DNA of 34,218 bases from an uncultured Eubacteriaceae bacterium (GTDB taxonomy: Bacteria; Bacillota; Clostridia; Lachnospirales; CAG-274): positions 1 through 34,218 of the forward strand of contig CALIRN010000327.1 in assembly GCA_938042265.1 (NCBI GenBank), in the 5' to 3' direction. The position numbers were made by a program, and so were the translations under genes. Positions 1-8,650 of this stretch are shown piece after piece; the stretch's first letter is position 1; each line of letters begins with the position of its first letter. Below the pieces are notes generated by a model. That model was not told where the DNA came from and did not search any database. It saw only the letters and a program-made list of their open reading frames with translations.

Positions 1-37
1 TCACCCTTATTTCTTACAGCTTATCCACAAAAATTTC

Positions 38-1015
38 TTATATGGTGAACATCCGGATGCACTGCAGGAGTGCTGCACACAATTCCTGGTACAGATCTTC
101 ATCAAAGATTCCATCTACCAAGGCATTTCTTCTTTTAGTAAACTGGTCTACCATATACCTTATATAATCCTTAGGTCCATTAAGTGCTTCCAGAGCGGCA
201 TACTGTGATGGCATAGGTGCACATGCAAAAATATTTTCCTGCAAAGCGGTCATCTTACTGATTATTTCCTCGGGTGCTACTGCATATCCAATTCTCCATC
301 CTGTCATTGAATATGTTTTAGAAAAACTGTTTACTATAATAGTTCTTTCCCTCATGCACCGACAGGAAATAATACTTGTATATTTACAATCATCATATAT
401 AAGTTCTTTATATGCTTCATCAGCTATTACTATTAAATCATTTTTAACTGCCAACTCTGCAATATCTTCCATAACCTCTTTTGTCAGAACCTGACCTGTG
501 GGATTATTGGGAGAGTTTACAACAATAGCTTTTGTCTTTTCTGTAATCGCCTTTTCCAGATTTTCAACCTTAATATTAAAGTTATCTTCTTCATATGAGT
601 TGACTATAACAGGCTTGCCTCCGCACATTTCCACCTGCTGAACATAATTAATCCAATATGGAGCCGGAATAATCACCTCATCACCAATATCTATTATACA
701 CTTCATTGTTAAATACAAAGCACCCATAGCACCTACAGTAACAATAGCTTCTGTCTGCGGATTGTATTTAACTCCGTAATCCTCAGCAATACAATCAGTT
801 ATAGCTTTCCTAAGTTCATAAATACCGGCATTCATTGAATATTTTGTTCTGCCTGTATTAATGGCGTTGCAGCCGCTTTCAGATACATTAGGCGCTGTAA
901 AAAAATCCGGATCGCCCAAAGTCAAATCTATCACATTATTATATTCTTTAGCTTTATTAAATAACTGCCTTGTCAATGATGGCTTTATTCTTTCCGTAAC
1001 TCTTGATAATTTCAT
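38..1015 (-). CDS. PLP-dependent class I/II aminotransferase (AspC/PatA-like); 3' end appears disrupted
   Basis: Translation from MKLSRVTERIKPSLTRQL shows LTLGDPDF, NSPNNPTG and SFSKTYSMTGWRIGY (PLP-lysine motif). I chose the internal ATG at 1015; the 22 codons upstream in the ORF track overlap the preceding gene. The product ends about 60-70 aa short of typical family members (see finding). Confidence 0.75.
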   Translation of the reverse strand: MKLSRVTERIKPSLTRQLFNKAKEYNNVIDLTLGDPDFFTAPNVSESGCNAINTGRTKYSMNAGIYELRKAITDCIAEDYGVKYNPQTEAIVTVGAMGALYLTMKCIIDIGDEVIIPAPYWINYVQQVEMCGGKPVIVNSYEEDNFNIKVENLEKAITEKTKAIVVNSPNNPTGQVLTKEVMEDIAELAVKNDLIVIADEAYKELIYDDCKYTSIISCRCMRERTIIVNSFSKTYSMTGWRIGYAVAPEEIISKMTALQENIFACAPMPSQYAALEALNGPKDYIRYMVDQFTKRRNALVDGIFDEDLYQELCAALLQCIRMFTI

Positions 1016-1019
1016 TCTC

Positions 1020-1910
1020 CTATACCACCTTCTTTGGGTACTTATCCAAGTCAATCCAGTCTGCAATCTTTTTATCCTCACTTAAAGGATAAAATGGATC
1101 ACTGCCACTGCCACTGATAAATGTCAGTTCACCAAAATAAACCTTTCCATTAACAACATACAAATCAGTTCTGACAAAAGGGAACTGTTTACTTAATTTT
1201 TTAACAACATCTGCCATTTTATCTGCATAGTCAGGCTTTGCCATAGGAACCTTGTTATTTCCATGACCATGCTTTGGATTTCCGCTCAGTACAGGAAGTC
1301 TGTTCCAATCCACATCATAAAAATCTATTTTAAAATCTATAAATCTGTCAAAGCACACCTCTATCATTTTAATCTCACCATTAGCACAGAAATACTTATA
1401 ATCAAGAAGCCCTCCTGATTCATCTTCCATATATTCCTCACACACTATCATTCTGGGAATATTACGATATTGCTCCTCACCTTTTATTGCAGCAAAATCT
1501 TCCTTTAACCATTTATGCAAAGTTGCCTTTGTTTTTGCAACATCAAGCTTTTCTTTGTCCTTGCAGATTATATTATAACCTGAACCATGATTTACCTTCA
1601 GAACAAAACGATTAGGCAATTTTTCAAATGGTATTTCTTCTTCACTTTTATAAGCGCCATATAATTTTATCAGATATTCTTCACCTATAGTTTCTTCAAC
1701 AAACTTTCTTACTGCATATTTATCAGCATAAACAGAATACTTGTCTAAATCAGCAAACAACTTTACCCATTGCATTTTTTCACCAAAATACACCGGGTTT
1801 TTTAAATCTAAAACCTTATGATAAGTTCTCAATATTTCAATATATGCAATCATCTTTGTTGGCAACAGCTTTAATACTGAATAATAAATTCGTTTCAAAA
1901 TATTTCGCAT
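1020..1910 (-). CDS. TupA-like ATP-grasp protein (polysaccharide/teichuronopeptide-type biosynthesis)
   Basis: 296-aa ORF with a family-typical layout: KNPVYFGEKMQWVKL near the N-terminus, LKVNHGSG, DYKYFCANGE, and VRTDLY..GKVYFGELTF near the C-terminus. It sits inside a glycosyltransferase cluster. Confidence 0.7.
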   Translation of the reverse strand: MRNILKRIYYSVLKLLPTKMIAYIEILRTYHKVLDLKNPVYFGEKMQWVKLFADLDKYSVYADKYAVRKFVEETIGEEYLIKLYGAYKSEEEIPFEKLPNRFVLKVNHGSGYNIICKDKEKLDVAKTKATLHKWLKEDFAAIKGEEQYRNIPRMIVCEEYMEDESGGLLDYKYFCANGEIKMIEVCFDRFIDFKIDFYDVDWNRLPVLSGNPKHGHGNNKVPMAKPDYADKMADVVKKLSKQFPFVRTDLYVVNGKVYFGELTFISGSGSDPFYPLSEDKKIADWIDLDKYPKKVV

Positions 1911-1924
1911 TTTCTTATGACTCC

Positions 1925-2416
1925 CTAAAAATTTTCTTGTATAAATTCATCAATCAAATCCACAATAGCCATTGGATTTTTATTTTCCCAAGGTTTTAAA
2001 TTATCGGTACCGTTTTCAATAGAAAGCAGGGCATCCTTAAGCTCGTCCATTTCATAAACAGCAAGAACATATCCGTTAGCGTCAAATGCTTCATTATTCT
2101 GGATCTGGTGATCATTAATATGCTCACCGTATTTTTCAAGGCGTGTTACAGCAATCACCTTTTTACCTGCATTCAGTGCTTTCATAATCGAACCCGAGGC
2201 ACCATGGCTTATAACAAGGCTTGCCTCCTCCACCTTCTCCATAAATTCATCCGGTGAAAGGAAGTCAACATATTCATAATGCTTAGGCACATACTTTGAT
2301 GTACCTGTCTGTGCAAAAATTTCATCTTTAATAATCCCTTGCTCACACAGCTCATCCAATTTTCGGAACAATCTGTCAAAGGGGTAGTTTCTTGAGCCAA
2401 CAGTTACAAAAATCAA
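1925..2416 (-). CDS. Alg13-like / PssE-Cps14G-type glycosyltransferase C-terminal subunit (GT28 C-domain)
   Basis: IFVTVGS...FDRL N-terminus, HGASGSI and INDHQ motifs typical of the small catalytic partner of split UDP-sugar transferases. The probable TTG start at 2416 overlaps the upstream TGA (TTGA coupling). An alternative TTG lies at 2425. Confidence 0.8.
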   Translation of the reverse strand: MIFVTVGSRNYPFDRLFRKLDELCEQGIIKDEIFAQTGTSKYVPKHYEYVDFLSPDEFMEKVEEASLVISHGASGSIMKALNAGKKVIAVTRLEKYGEHINDHQIQNNEAFDANGYVLAVYEMDELKDALLSIENGTDNLKPWENKNPMAIVDLIDEFIQENF

Positions 2417-2871
2417 TATAAGCAACCCCCATAAATAGCTTTTTTATAGAACTTCTTTTGTGATTCCCACTGAACAATAAACAAATCCGAGTGTTTTTCC
2501 ATCATCTTACCCGCAACAGTAGGCATATTTGCCCTGCCAAAGGTTTCAATAAAAATAAACTTCTTTTTACATATAATGCTTAATAAGTAAAAAGGATACG
2601 CCACCATGGTACCGGTGGTAATAACCATATCCGGTTTTTCCTTTATCCATATTTTTAAAGCTCTGAATGAATTAATAAGCATTTTAAATGGCATAAGCTT
2701 GTCCTTTAAATCAGTCTGTTTCATAAAATAAGATGCCAGAGGGGCATCAAACTGAGTTCTTTCTGTTATAAAAAAACCATCATATTTATCCGCTAAAGGT
2801 TTAAGCTTTTGGAGCTGTTCCCAGTGTCCTCCTGAAGATGACACAAAACATATTTTAGGTTTCCCCTTCAT
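2413..2871 (-). CDS. Alg14-like / PssD-Cps14F-type glycosyltransferase membrane-anchoring subunit
   Basis: KICFVSSSGGHWEQL N-terminus, ITTGT and ETFGR motifs. RBS AGGAG lies 8 nt upstream of the ATG. Translationally coupled to the Alg13-like ORF. Confidence 0.8.
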   Translation of the reverse strand: MKGKPKICFVSSSGGHWEQLQKLKPLADKYDGFFITERTQFDAPLASYFMKQTDLKDKLMPFKMLINSFRALKIWIKEKPDMVITTGTMVAYPFYLLSIICKKKFIFIETFGRANMPTVAGKMMEKHSDLFIVQWESQKKFYKKAIYGGCLY

Positions 2872-2910
2872 TGCTCTGATCTCCTAACTTTTTTCAAATC
2901 TCCCAAGCAT

Positions 2911-2931
2911 AGTCAAGGATATTCGTACTCC
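2911..2931. repeat. 21-nt perfect repeat AGTCAAGGATATTCGTACTCC (copy A); similarity to copy B continues about 20 nt further
   Basis: Identical 21-mer at 15823-15843. Further colinear shared modules: CATAACCGA (3008-3016 / 15860-15868), AAGTAGGGC (3647-3655 / 15930-15938) and GTCTGT (3666-3671 / 15948-15953). Confidence 0.8.
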
Positions 2932-2965
2932 ACTTACGTTACGTATTGCAGAATTTTTGCCTACG

Positions 2966-2985
2966 AAAAAAACAGGCTTCGCCTG
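2966..2985 (-). terminator. Candidate intrinsic terminator/attenuator inside the 5' leader of the glycosyltransferase genes
   Basis: Minus strand reads CAGGC-GAA-GCCUG followed by UUUUUUU, immediately preceded by a second hairpin CCGGA-AGGAAA-UCCGG. It lies about 95 nt upstream of the Alg14-like ATG. The stem is short (5 bp). Confidence 0.4.
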
Positions 2986-3195
2986 CCGGATTTCCTTCCG
3001 GTTCTCCCATAACCGATAAATATTTTCATCATCGATATTCGATAGGCACTTGTACTACTACCAATACTATTTTAAGTATCATCTGCCTAAAGAGGCGGGG
3101 AACTTACTATGTCGGTTAATTCATATGCTGACAATCAACCTTACTGTTTTATAGCAATTAACCAAGGTATACAAGTATTTTAGCTTTTTGTATTT

Positions 3196-3224
3196 ATTTT
3201 ATCATATACAATCTATAACGTCAA
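3196..3224 (-). promoter_or_regulatory. Sigma-A-like promoter (TTGACG - 17 nt - TAAAAT) for a leader of about 315 nt
   Basis: Minus strand reads TTGACGttatagattgtatatgaTAAAAT. -35 at 3219-3224, -10 at 3196-3201. Confidence 0.45.
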
Positions 3225-3761
3225 GTCGGAAACCTCGCCCAAGAAGTGAAAAATAGCACTAATCAAGTATTTTTTTGATACAAATTCACCAAAAAAATCG
3301 AAGTATGCTAAAAATTACTGATGCTGATCATCAAAATTTGTAAAAAATTACCTTCCGCCTGCAATATCAAAACCCTAATTAAACCCAAATTTATCATTAT
3401 CTTAATACACTACTCCTATTTTTTTACATGCATACATATATAATACCTGATTTCACCGAATATTTTAAGCAAAGGCTGCGCACATCTGCCTTAATACACA
3501 GGATACCTTGTTTATGTATATTAAGCAGTCTGCAGAACAGATATTTCATCTACCTGAAAAGAGCATTTCAACAAGAAAGCTCTTTTGCAATTTATCAATA
3601 AAATTATAAATTAGTACTTATACGTAAAAGGACCGCTCTACTTTAAAAGTAGGGCAGTCCCTGCCGTCTGTATTTATATATTATATCACATCGCCTAACA
3701 GCTCAATGATGTTTGTCGTCAAATATCCGCTCATGCAGACCGACATACATTTTCCTCATTA

Positions 3762-4853
3762 TTAATACATATAGCTGTCCTTATGCGCCATATATTTACT
3801 TACCATTAGCATAATCTTGAATATAATGGCATCATCAAAGTTTCTAAGGTCAAGCCCTGTCATTTTCTGTAGCTTATCAAGCCTGTAAACAAGAGTATTT
3901 CTGTGTATGTAAAGCTGACGCGATGTTTCGGACACATTCAGATTATTCTCAAAAAATTTATTAACCGTAACCAGTGTTTCATCGTCAAACTGATCCATTG
4001 AAACACCGTGGAGCACCTCATTAATAAACATTTTACAAAGTGGAGTAGGCAGCTGATAAATAAGTCTGCCGATACCAAGCTGCTCATAGTTGACAACATT
4101 TTTGCTTTCCTCAAAAATTTTGCCTACCTCAAGGGCCATTTTAGCCTCCTTGTAGGAAGCGGAAACATTTTTAAGATCCATAACGGCAGTACCTATTGCA
4201 ATATAAACATTGCTCATGGCCTCTGCAGTAAGGGTATCATAAATAGTTTTGGCAATGGACTCAATTTCCTCTTTGCCATCTTTCTCCTTAAGCTCCTTAA
4301 CAAGAATAATACTCTTTTCGTCAACGGCGGTAACAAAATCCTTTTGTTTTGTGGGGAATATGCTGCGTACAATTTCAACCACGTTCAAATCCTTATCAAT
4401 TTCAGTTTCAATAAGGTAAACAATACGTCTTACATTATTTTCAATATGAAGCTTTTTGGCACGGGAATAAATATCCACCAACAGCAGATTATCAAGGAGC
4501 AGGTTTTTAACAAAATTGTCTCTGTCATAGCGCTCCTTATAGGCAACAAGCAAATTCTGTATCTGGAATGCAGTAATTTTGCCTATACGGTAGGTTTCCT
4601 CATCCTCGCCCTTGATAAGCACTATATACTCGGTATTGTTGTTATCAAACACCTTAAAATACTGATAACCCTGAACAAGCTGGTTTTCAGCAGGGCTGGC
4701 AACAAAAATATTTATATTTTCAATAGTGGTATTTGCCATCCCCTCTTCGGTAGTAGCAACAATTTTACCCTCTCTTTCGCAAACACTAAGCTCACGCCTT
4801 GTAATATTTTTAAGTCCGTCAATAGTGCTCTGCAAAATCTGGTTGGAAATCAT
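3762..4853 (-). CDS. CdaR/PucR-family transcriptional regulator
   Basis: C-terminal PucR-type HTH (NVSETSRQLYIHRNTLVYRLDKLQKMTGLDLRNFDD) and overall CdaR-like length. The ATG at 4853 has AGGAG 8 nt upstream. The GTG at 4862 in the ORF track overlaps that RBS. Confidence 0.75.
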   Translation of the reverse strand: MISNQILQSTIDGLKNITRRELSVCEREGKIVATTEEGMANTTIENINIFVASPAENQLVQGYQYFKVFDNNNTEYIVLIKGEDEETYRIGKITAFQIQNLLVAYKERYDRDNFVKNLLLDNLLLVDIYSRAKKLHIENNVRRIVYLIETEIDKDLNVVEIVRSIFPTKQKDFVTAVDEKSIILVKELKEKDGKEEIESIAKTIYDTLTAEAMSNVYIAIGTAVMDLKNVSASYKEAKMALEVGKIFEESKNVVNYEQLGIGRLIYQLPTPLCKMFINEVLHGVSMDQFDDETLVTVNKFFENNLNVSETSRQLYIHRNTLVYRLDKLQKMTGLDLRNFDDAIIFKIMLMVSKYMAHKDSYMY

Positions 4854-5022
4854 AAACCTCACTCCTTTAATTTAATTCAAACTAATCTATTCTTATTTTA
4901 TAACAAAATCACGAAAATTAAAAGAGAAAATATTAATTTTTTATAAAAAAATTTAAAAAAATGTTGATTTAATAAATTTTTTAATCATTTTTTATAAAAA
5001 ACTGTATTTATTGCTAACTTTA

Positions 5023-5031
5023 TGTTATAAT
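5023..5031 (+). promoter_or_regulatory. Extended -10 promoter element TGTTATAAT
   Basis: A TGnTATAAT match a few nt upstream of the start of the structured element. No good -35 is present. Confidence 0.45.
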
Positions 5032-5035
5032 AAAT

Positions 5036-5196
5036 ATATACGTGTTTAGGAGCCTTAGCCTTACGGCTAATTCTCCGCAAAAGCTTTGCTTTTGCATTAT
5101 ACTACTCATAGGTCGTTAAATCCGACCTATTTCGTACCATATCCGATGAAATCAAGGTTTTCAGCCTTGTTTCCCCCTGCGGATATGGTATAATAA
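5036..5196 (+). repeat. Solo copy of the ~161-nt structured intergenic element (candidate ncRNA or leader)
   Basis: Reverse-complement match to the units at 29505-29996: same ACGTGTTTAGGAG start, same four helices, terminator-like inner hairpin, and 3' TGGTATAAT (5186-5194) 49 nt before the zapA-like ATG. Confidence 0.7.
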
Positions 5197-5242
5197 TGTA
5201 AGATATGCTTTGAAATATTTTTTTACATAAGGAGGCCGGGTA

Positions 5243-6295
5243 ATGGAGGCATCTAATCAGAAAAAACAGGTTGAAGTAGTAATAGGCGGTAAGGTTTACA
5301 GACTTGCAGGCAATGAAAGCGAGGAGTATATCCAGTCCGTTGCACATTATATTAATAAAAAGCTTGTTGAGCTAAGCAGACATAGCGCGGCAGGCATTGA
5401 GTTTACTGAAACATATCCCATATTGCTTGCCCTTAATATTGCCGATGATTTGTTTAAGGAACGCAGCAGAGATAAAAACGATGATAAGGAGCAAAATTCA
5501 GCACGGGCTGAAGCCTTGTCCGACCTTAGTGACCTGAGTAATCAGCTTGTTGAAAAAACTCATGAAATTGACGAGCTTAATAAAACCATTACTGAAAAGG
5601 ACGGTGCCATTGCCAAATATAAGGCAGCTATGCAAAGCGGCAGCGTACAGTTTGAAAACTTTAAAAAGGCTATTGCCGAAAGAGATGCGGAAATAACCAG
5701 GCTTCGCAACAGGCTTTCCGCAGCCAACAGTGATATTGCAGCACTTACCTCAAAAACCTCAGACAGCAGTATTGAAATAGGTGAGCTTAACAAAAAAATT
5801 GCCGCAAAAAACAAGGAGCTTAATTCTCTGTCAGTCAAATTGTCAGAAAAAAATGCGGCTCTCAACGAGCTTAATAAAAAGTCCGCCGAGCGCAACCAAA
5901 AGCTTAACAGTGTTAATAAGGAGCGTGACGAGCTTGCCGTAAAGCTTAAGGAAGCAAACTCCGCCATAGCTTCACTTAATAATCAGATAAATAATATTGA
6001 AAAAAGCTCAGACGGTATTAAAGATGAGCTTAACGATACAATAACCGCATTAAACCAACAGATTGAAAAGCTGAATGACGAAAAAAATGCTCTCAATGAA
6101 AAGCTTGACAAGCTGAACGGTGATTATATCGGCTTACAGCAAAGTATTCCTCAGGGTGATGCAACTGACCTGCAAAATGCTCTTAACGCCGTTAAGGCTG
6201 AAAACCATAAGCTGTACAACGACAACGAACAGCTTTTACAGGAGCTGAATCAGGCTAAGGGCGAGCTTAAAAGCTTTATTGACAGCCTGAGATAA
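5243..6295 (+). CDS. zapA: ZapA-domain cell-division protein with a long C-terminal coiled coil
   Basis: The N-terminal ~80 aa (VEVVIGGKVYRLAGNESEEYIQSVAHYINKKL...LLALNIADDL) matches the ZapA fold signature. The remaining ~260 aa are heptad-like, with E/K/L/N-rich repeats (ELNKK..). RBS AAGGAGG lies 7 nt upstream. Confidence 0.75.
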   Translation: MEASNQKKQVEVVIGGKVYRLAGNESEEYIQSVAHYINKKLVELSRHSAAGIEFTETYPILLALNIADDLFKERSRDKNDDKEQNSARAEALSDLSDLSNQLVEKTHEIDELNKTITEKDGAIAKYKAAMQSGSVQFENFKKAIAERDAEITRLRNRLSAANSDIAALTSKTSDSSIEIGELNKKIAAKNKELNSLSVKLSEKNAALNELNKKSAERNQKLNSVNKERDELAVKLKEANSAIASLNNQINNIEKSSDGIKDELNDTITALNQQIEKLNDEKNALNEKLDKLNGDYIGLQQSIPQGDATDLQNALNAVKAENHKLYNDNEQLLQELNQAKGELKSFIDSLR

Positions 6296-6306
6296 AAGGT
6301 GATTAT

Positions 6307-8640
6307 ATGAATTGCGAAATTTTATCCCCTGCAGGTTCTTCTCAAAGTGTTATAGCTGCAGTCAACAGCGGCTGTGACGCAATATATATCGGCGGCAGCG
6401 CTTTTAATGCACGCCGCTTTGCAGACAGCCCCTCCGATGATGACCTGAAGGAAATAATCAGGCAGTGTCATTTAAGAGGGGTTAAGGTGCATATTACATT
6501 AAACACGCTTTATAAGGAAAATGAACTGAATGATGTGCTTGCCTTTGCCTCAAAGATGTATTCATACGGTGCCGATGCCTATATAATACAGGATTTGGGC
6601 TTTTTTTCGCTTGTAAAAAAGTATTTCCCACATATTGCACCTCATGCAAGCACGCAGATGACGACTCACAGCCTTGCCCAAGCCGCAGCTCTTAAGGAGC
6701 TAGGCTTTAAGAGGATTGTGCTGAGTCGCGAGCTTTCCCTTAAGGAAATTAAGGAAATCACAGGACAGCTTGCTGCCGAAACAGAATGCTTTGTACACGG
6801 CGCTCTTTGTGTCTCCTATTCAGGCCGCTGCCTTATGAGCAGTATGATTGGAGGCAGAAGCGGCAACAGAGGAAGCTGTGCCCAAACCTGCCGTATGGAA
6901 TACCGCCTTATAAGCAATGGTAAACAGTATTCAAGCGGTTATCTGCTTTCTCCAAAGGATAACTGTATGATTAATCACACAGAGGATTTACTTGACGCAG
7001 GCATAACCTCATGGAAGATTGAAGGTCGTATGAAATCTCCCGAATATGTGGCACTGGTTACATCACTTTACCGCAGTTATGCAGATAATCCCTCTAAGGT
7101 TGCCCAAGAGGATATAAAAAGGCTTACGCAGATATTCAATCGGGGCGGAGAACTGAGTACGGGCTACTATTATTCCCATTCAGGACAAAATATGCTCAGC
7201 GCATCACCCAAAAGCACCGGCATATATATAGGGCAAATTACCTCCGTAAACGGCAAAATCTGTACAATTAAGCTGACAGAGCCCGTAAACTGCGGTGACG
7301 GCATTGAGATATGGACAAAGGGCGAGCATACAGGTACAAATATTTCAAAACAGGCAAAGGCAGGAGAAAGCATAACACTTAATGTTAACGGCAGGGTTCA
7401 TAAAGGGGACAAGGTTTACAAGTCATATGATAAGACGCTTATTGACAGCCTGAAAAACACATATAGTACCTATACAAGGCGCAGCAGAGTAAAGGCCGAA
7501 TTGAAAGCGGAAATCGGCTCGCCTATGGTATTAAGGCTTACCTCTGCCGAGGGCGTAAGCATAGAATGTCAGGGTACTGTTCCCGAGCCTGCGCAGAATA
7601 ATCCCATGAAGTATGAGGATTTAATCGGTCAGCTGGGCAAAACAGGCAACACACCCTTTATACTTGATTTTGAACCTGGCAAATGCCGTGAGCTTTATGT
7701 CCCTCTATCCGCCCTTAAGGAGCTTAAGCGGAAGGCTTGCAGCAGTCTTGCAGATGCCATTACGGCACATTATACAAGAAAAACAGAGTATAAGCCTTAC
7801 AAATCCGTAATAACGCCAAAGTCAGAGAAAGCAAGGCTTAGTATACAGGTATACAACAACTCTCAGCTCGATACCGCTGTTGATACTAAGGATATTGATA
7901 TTTACTGTGAATTAGACGAATACAGTGTAAAAAACGCTCCTCTTCTCATTAAGCGTGCACATAAAAACAACTCAAAGCTGTACTTTGCTCTGCCTGTAAT
8001 TGAAAAATCCGATACTCATATCATAGTAACGGAATATATAAAAGAGCTTGAAAACACGGAGCTTGACGGCTATCTTGTACGTAATCTTTCACAGATAGAT
8101 ACCTGCAAGGACCTTATTGCCGACTACACCCTTAATACCTTTAACAGTGCTTCACTTTCACTTTTAAAGAAAAAATTCAGGCGTGTAACTCTTTCACCTG
8201 AGCTTAACCTAAAGGAGCTTATGCCTTTATGCGGTCAGGGGACGGAAACGGTCGTTTATGGCAGACTGCCTCTTATGACAACCCAGCAGTGCCCTGTAGG
8301 AGTTCATATGGCAAAAAAATCCGCCGCTAAATATTGTAAGCTTAAAGGCACACATCCCGATTGCATATTAAAGGACAGGAAAAATGCCGAATTTCCCGTA
8401 ATTACCCTATGTGACAGCTGCGTAGCGCTTATTATAAACAGTGCACCTATTTATACAGTCGATAAATGGGAGGATATAGCCGCCTTGGGCTGTGAAAATG
8501 TCAGACTTGTCTTTACAACGGAAAACAAAAACGAAATGTGCGGTTTAATAAACCAATACAAAGCTCTTTTAAAGGGCAGCGGAGAAAAAATAAAACGTAA
8601 AAATGTCACAGGCGGTCATTTTTACAGGGGAGTATTGTAG
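6307..8640 (+). CDS. Peptidase U32 family protein (long, collagenase/RlhA-like form)
   Basis: N-terminus EILSPAGS...AIYIGG..FNAR, then the cysteine-containing segment CFVHGALCVSYSGRCLMSS...GSCAQTCR typical of U32. A second U32-like half follows in the C-terminal region. Confidence 0.8.
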   Translation: MNCEILSPAGSSQSVIAAVNSGCDAIYIGGSAFNARRFADSPSDDDLKEIIRQCHLRGVKVHITLNTLYKENELNDVLAFASKMYSYGADAYIIQDLGFFSLVKKYFPHIAPHASTQMTTHSLAQAAALKELGFKRIVLSRELSLKEIKEITGQLAAETECFVHGALCVSYSGRCLMSSMIGGRSGNRGSCAQTCRMEYRLISNGKQYSSGYLLSPKDNCMINHTEDLLDAGITSWKIEGRMKSPEYVALVTSLYRSYADNPSKVAQEDIKRLTQIFNRGGELSTGYYYSHSGQNMLSASPKSTGIYIGQITSVNGKICTIKLTEPVNCGDGIEIWTKGEHTGTNISKQAKAGESITLNVNGRVHKGDKVYKSYDKTLIDSLKNTYSTYTRRSRVKAELKAEIGSPMVLRLTSAEGVSIECQGTVPEPAQNNPMKYEDLIGQLGKTGNTPFILDFEPGKCRELYVPLSALKELKRKACSSLADAITAHYTRKTEYKPYKSVITPKSEKARLSIQVYNNSQLDTAVDTKDIDIYCELDEYSVKNAPLLIKRAHKNNSKLYFALPVIEKSDTHIIVTEYIKELENTELDGYLVRNLSQIDTCKDLIADYTLNTFNSASLSLLKKKFRRVTLSPELNLKELMPLCGQGTETVVYGRLPLMTTQQCPVGVHMAKKSAAKYCKLKGTHPDCILKDRKNAEFPVITLCDSCVALIINSAPIYTVDKWEDIAALGCENVRLVFTTENKNEMCGLINQYKALLKGSGEKIKRKNVTGGHFYRGVL

Positions 8641-8650
8641 AGGTGATAAT

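Noticed and set aside
21-29. Perfect DnaA box TTATCCACA.
   Set aside because: It is a single isolated box inside the decayed end of a coding region. There is no cluster, no AT-rich unwinding element, and no dnaA or dnaN nearby. One occurrence in 34 kb is compatible with chance.
4008-4946. 312-aa plus-strand ORF antisense to the cdaR-like gene. Similar long antisense ORFs occur at 5560-5967, 13019-13561, 14086-14442, 23823-24530, 10917-11348 and 31788-32141.
   Set aside because: These are shadow ORFs opposite well-supported genes. They have low-complexity or Ile/Asn/Phe-rich, unprotein-like composition, no RBS and no recognisable motif.
4930-5005. Two TTTTTATAAAAAA palindromes in the divergent cdaR-like/zapA-like intergenic region as operator sites.
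   Set aside because: This is extremely AT-rich, low-complexity DNA in which such palindromes arise easily. I have no supporting evidence from a second locus.
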